Part shown: positions 63,570 through 64,000 of the stretch, piece after piece
Layout of the letters: each line of letters starts with the position of its first letter
Position numbering within the stretch: position 1 is the stretch's first letter
NCBI RefSeq assembly: GCF_964355755.1
Contig: NC_092674.1
Span: forward strand, 12,400,001-12,464,000
Reading direction: 5' to 3'
DNA: 64,000 bases
From: Antedon mediterranea
Lineage: Eukaryota > Animalia > Echinodermata
Translations under genes and position numbers: made by a program
The notes under the pieces: generated by a model
Databases searched by the model: none
Seen by the model: only the letters and a program-made list of their open reading frames with translations
Told to the model about the DNA's origin: nothing

Positions 63570-64000
63570 TTATGCACGGCTTAATCCATCTGCATTTCCA
63601 TTTAATGACCCTTTCTTGTAAATAACTTTAAATTTATATCCTTGTAAAAACAGAGCCCATCTCATAAGTCTAACATTGGCACCCTTCATTGAGTCCATCC
63701 ATCTCAATGCCTGGTGGTCAGTATGAACTTGAAATTCACAACCATACAGATAATACTTAAGTTTATTGATAGCCCAAACAATAGAGAGGCACTCTTTTTC
63801 TGGCACAGAATATCTCTGCTCATACAGATAACTTTCTACTTAAGTACACAATGGGATAATCATTACCCTCACCATCTATTTGGCTCAGCACTGCACCTAT
63901 GCCATAATTTGAGGCATCGGTTTGCAATATAAACATCTTATCAAAATTTGGGGCTTTTAATACATTATCATCAGTAAGCCGTTTCTTTAAAGTTACAAAG
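63570..64000 (-). pseudogene. Gypsy pol RNase H region, C-terminal in pol (Gmr1-like order), frameshifted
   Basis: Motifs LKAPNFDKMFILQTDASNYGIGAVLSQ, EKECLSIVWA, YLYG, TDHQAL, RLMRWAL and NADGLSRA-stop. Confidence 0.9.

Overview
AT-rich eukaryotic DNA, by inference from a marine invertebrate and probably an echinoderm-like deuterostome. No rRNA, tRNA or CRISPR array is visible. The main host feature is a spliced minus-strand gene that the ORF track mostly misses. It has five 99-nt phase-0 ankyrin-repeat exons (53612-53710, 46276-46374, 40607-40705, 33171-33269, 23059-23157), a divergent ankyrin exon, a cap exon, a ZU5 exon carrying an HFC motif and a UPA-like exon. These nine exons splice in frame into an ANKn-ZU5-UPA protein, and neither end of the gene was found in the window. 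The ankyrin exons sit in multi-kb exon+intron cassettes that appear to be gained (a 5.7-kb tandem duplication with a mappable crossover) and lost (exon-less cassette remnants). Their substitutions are almost all amino-acid-changing and fall mostly at binding-face positions. This suggests a diversifying, DARPin-like sensor joined to a FIIND/PIDD-like module. The rest is dense, nested transposon sequence: RTE, CR1/L2 (one with a 2A peptide), Rex1-like, L1/Tx1, Kolobok-, IS3EU-, CACTA- and ISL2EU-like elements, Helentron HINEs, SINEs, P-like footprints and a Gmr1-type Gypsy end. All alignments were done by eye, and transposon superfamily names come from termini and TSD signatures, not database searches.
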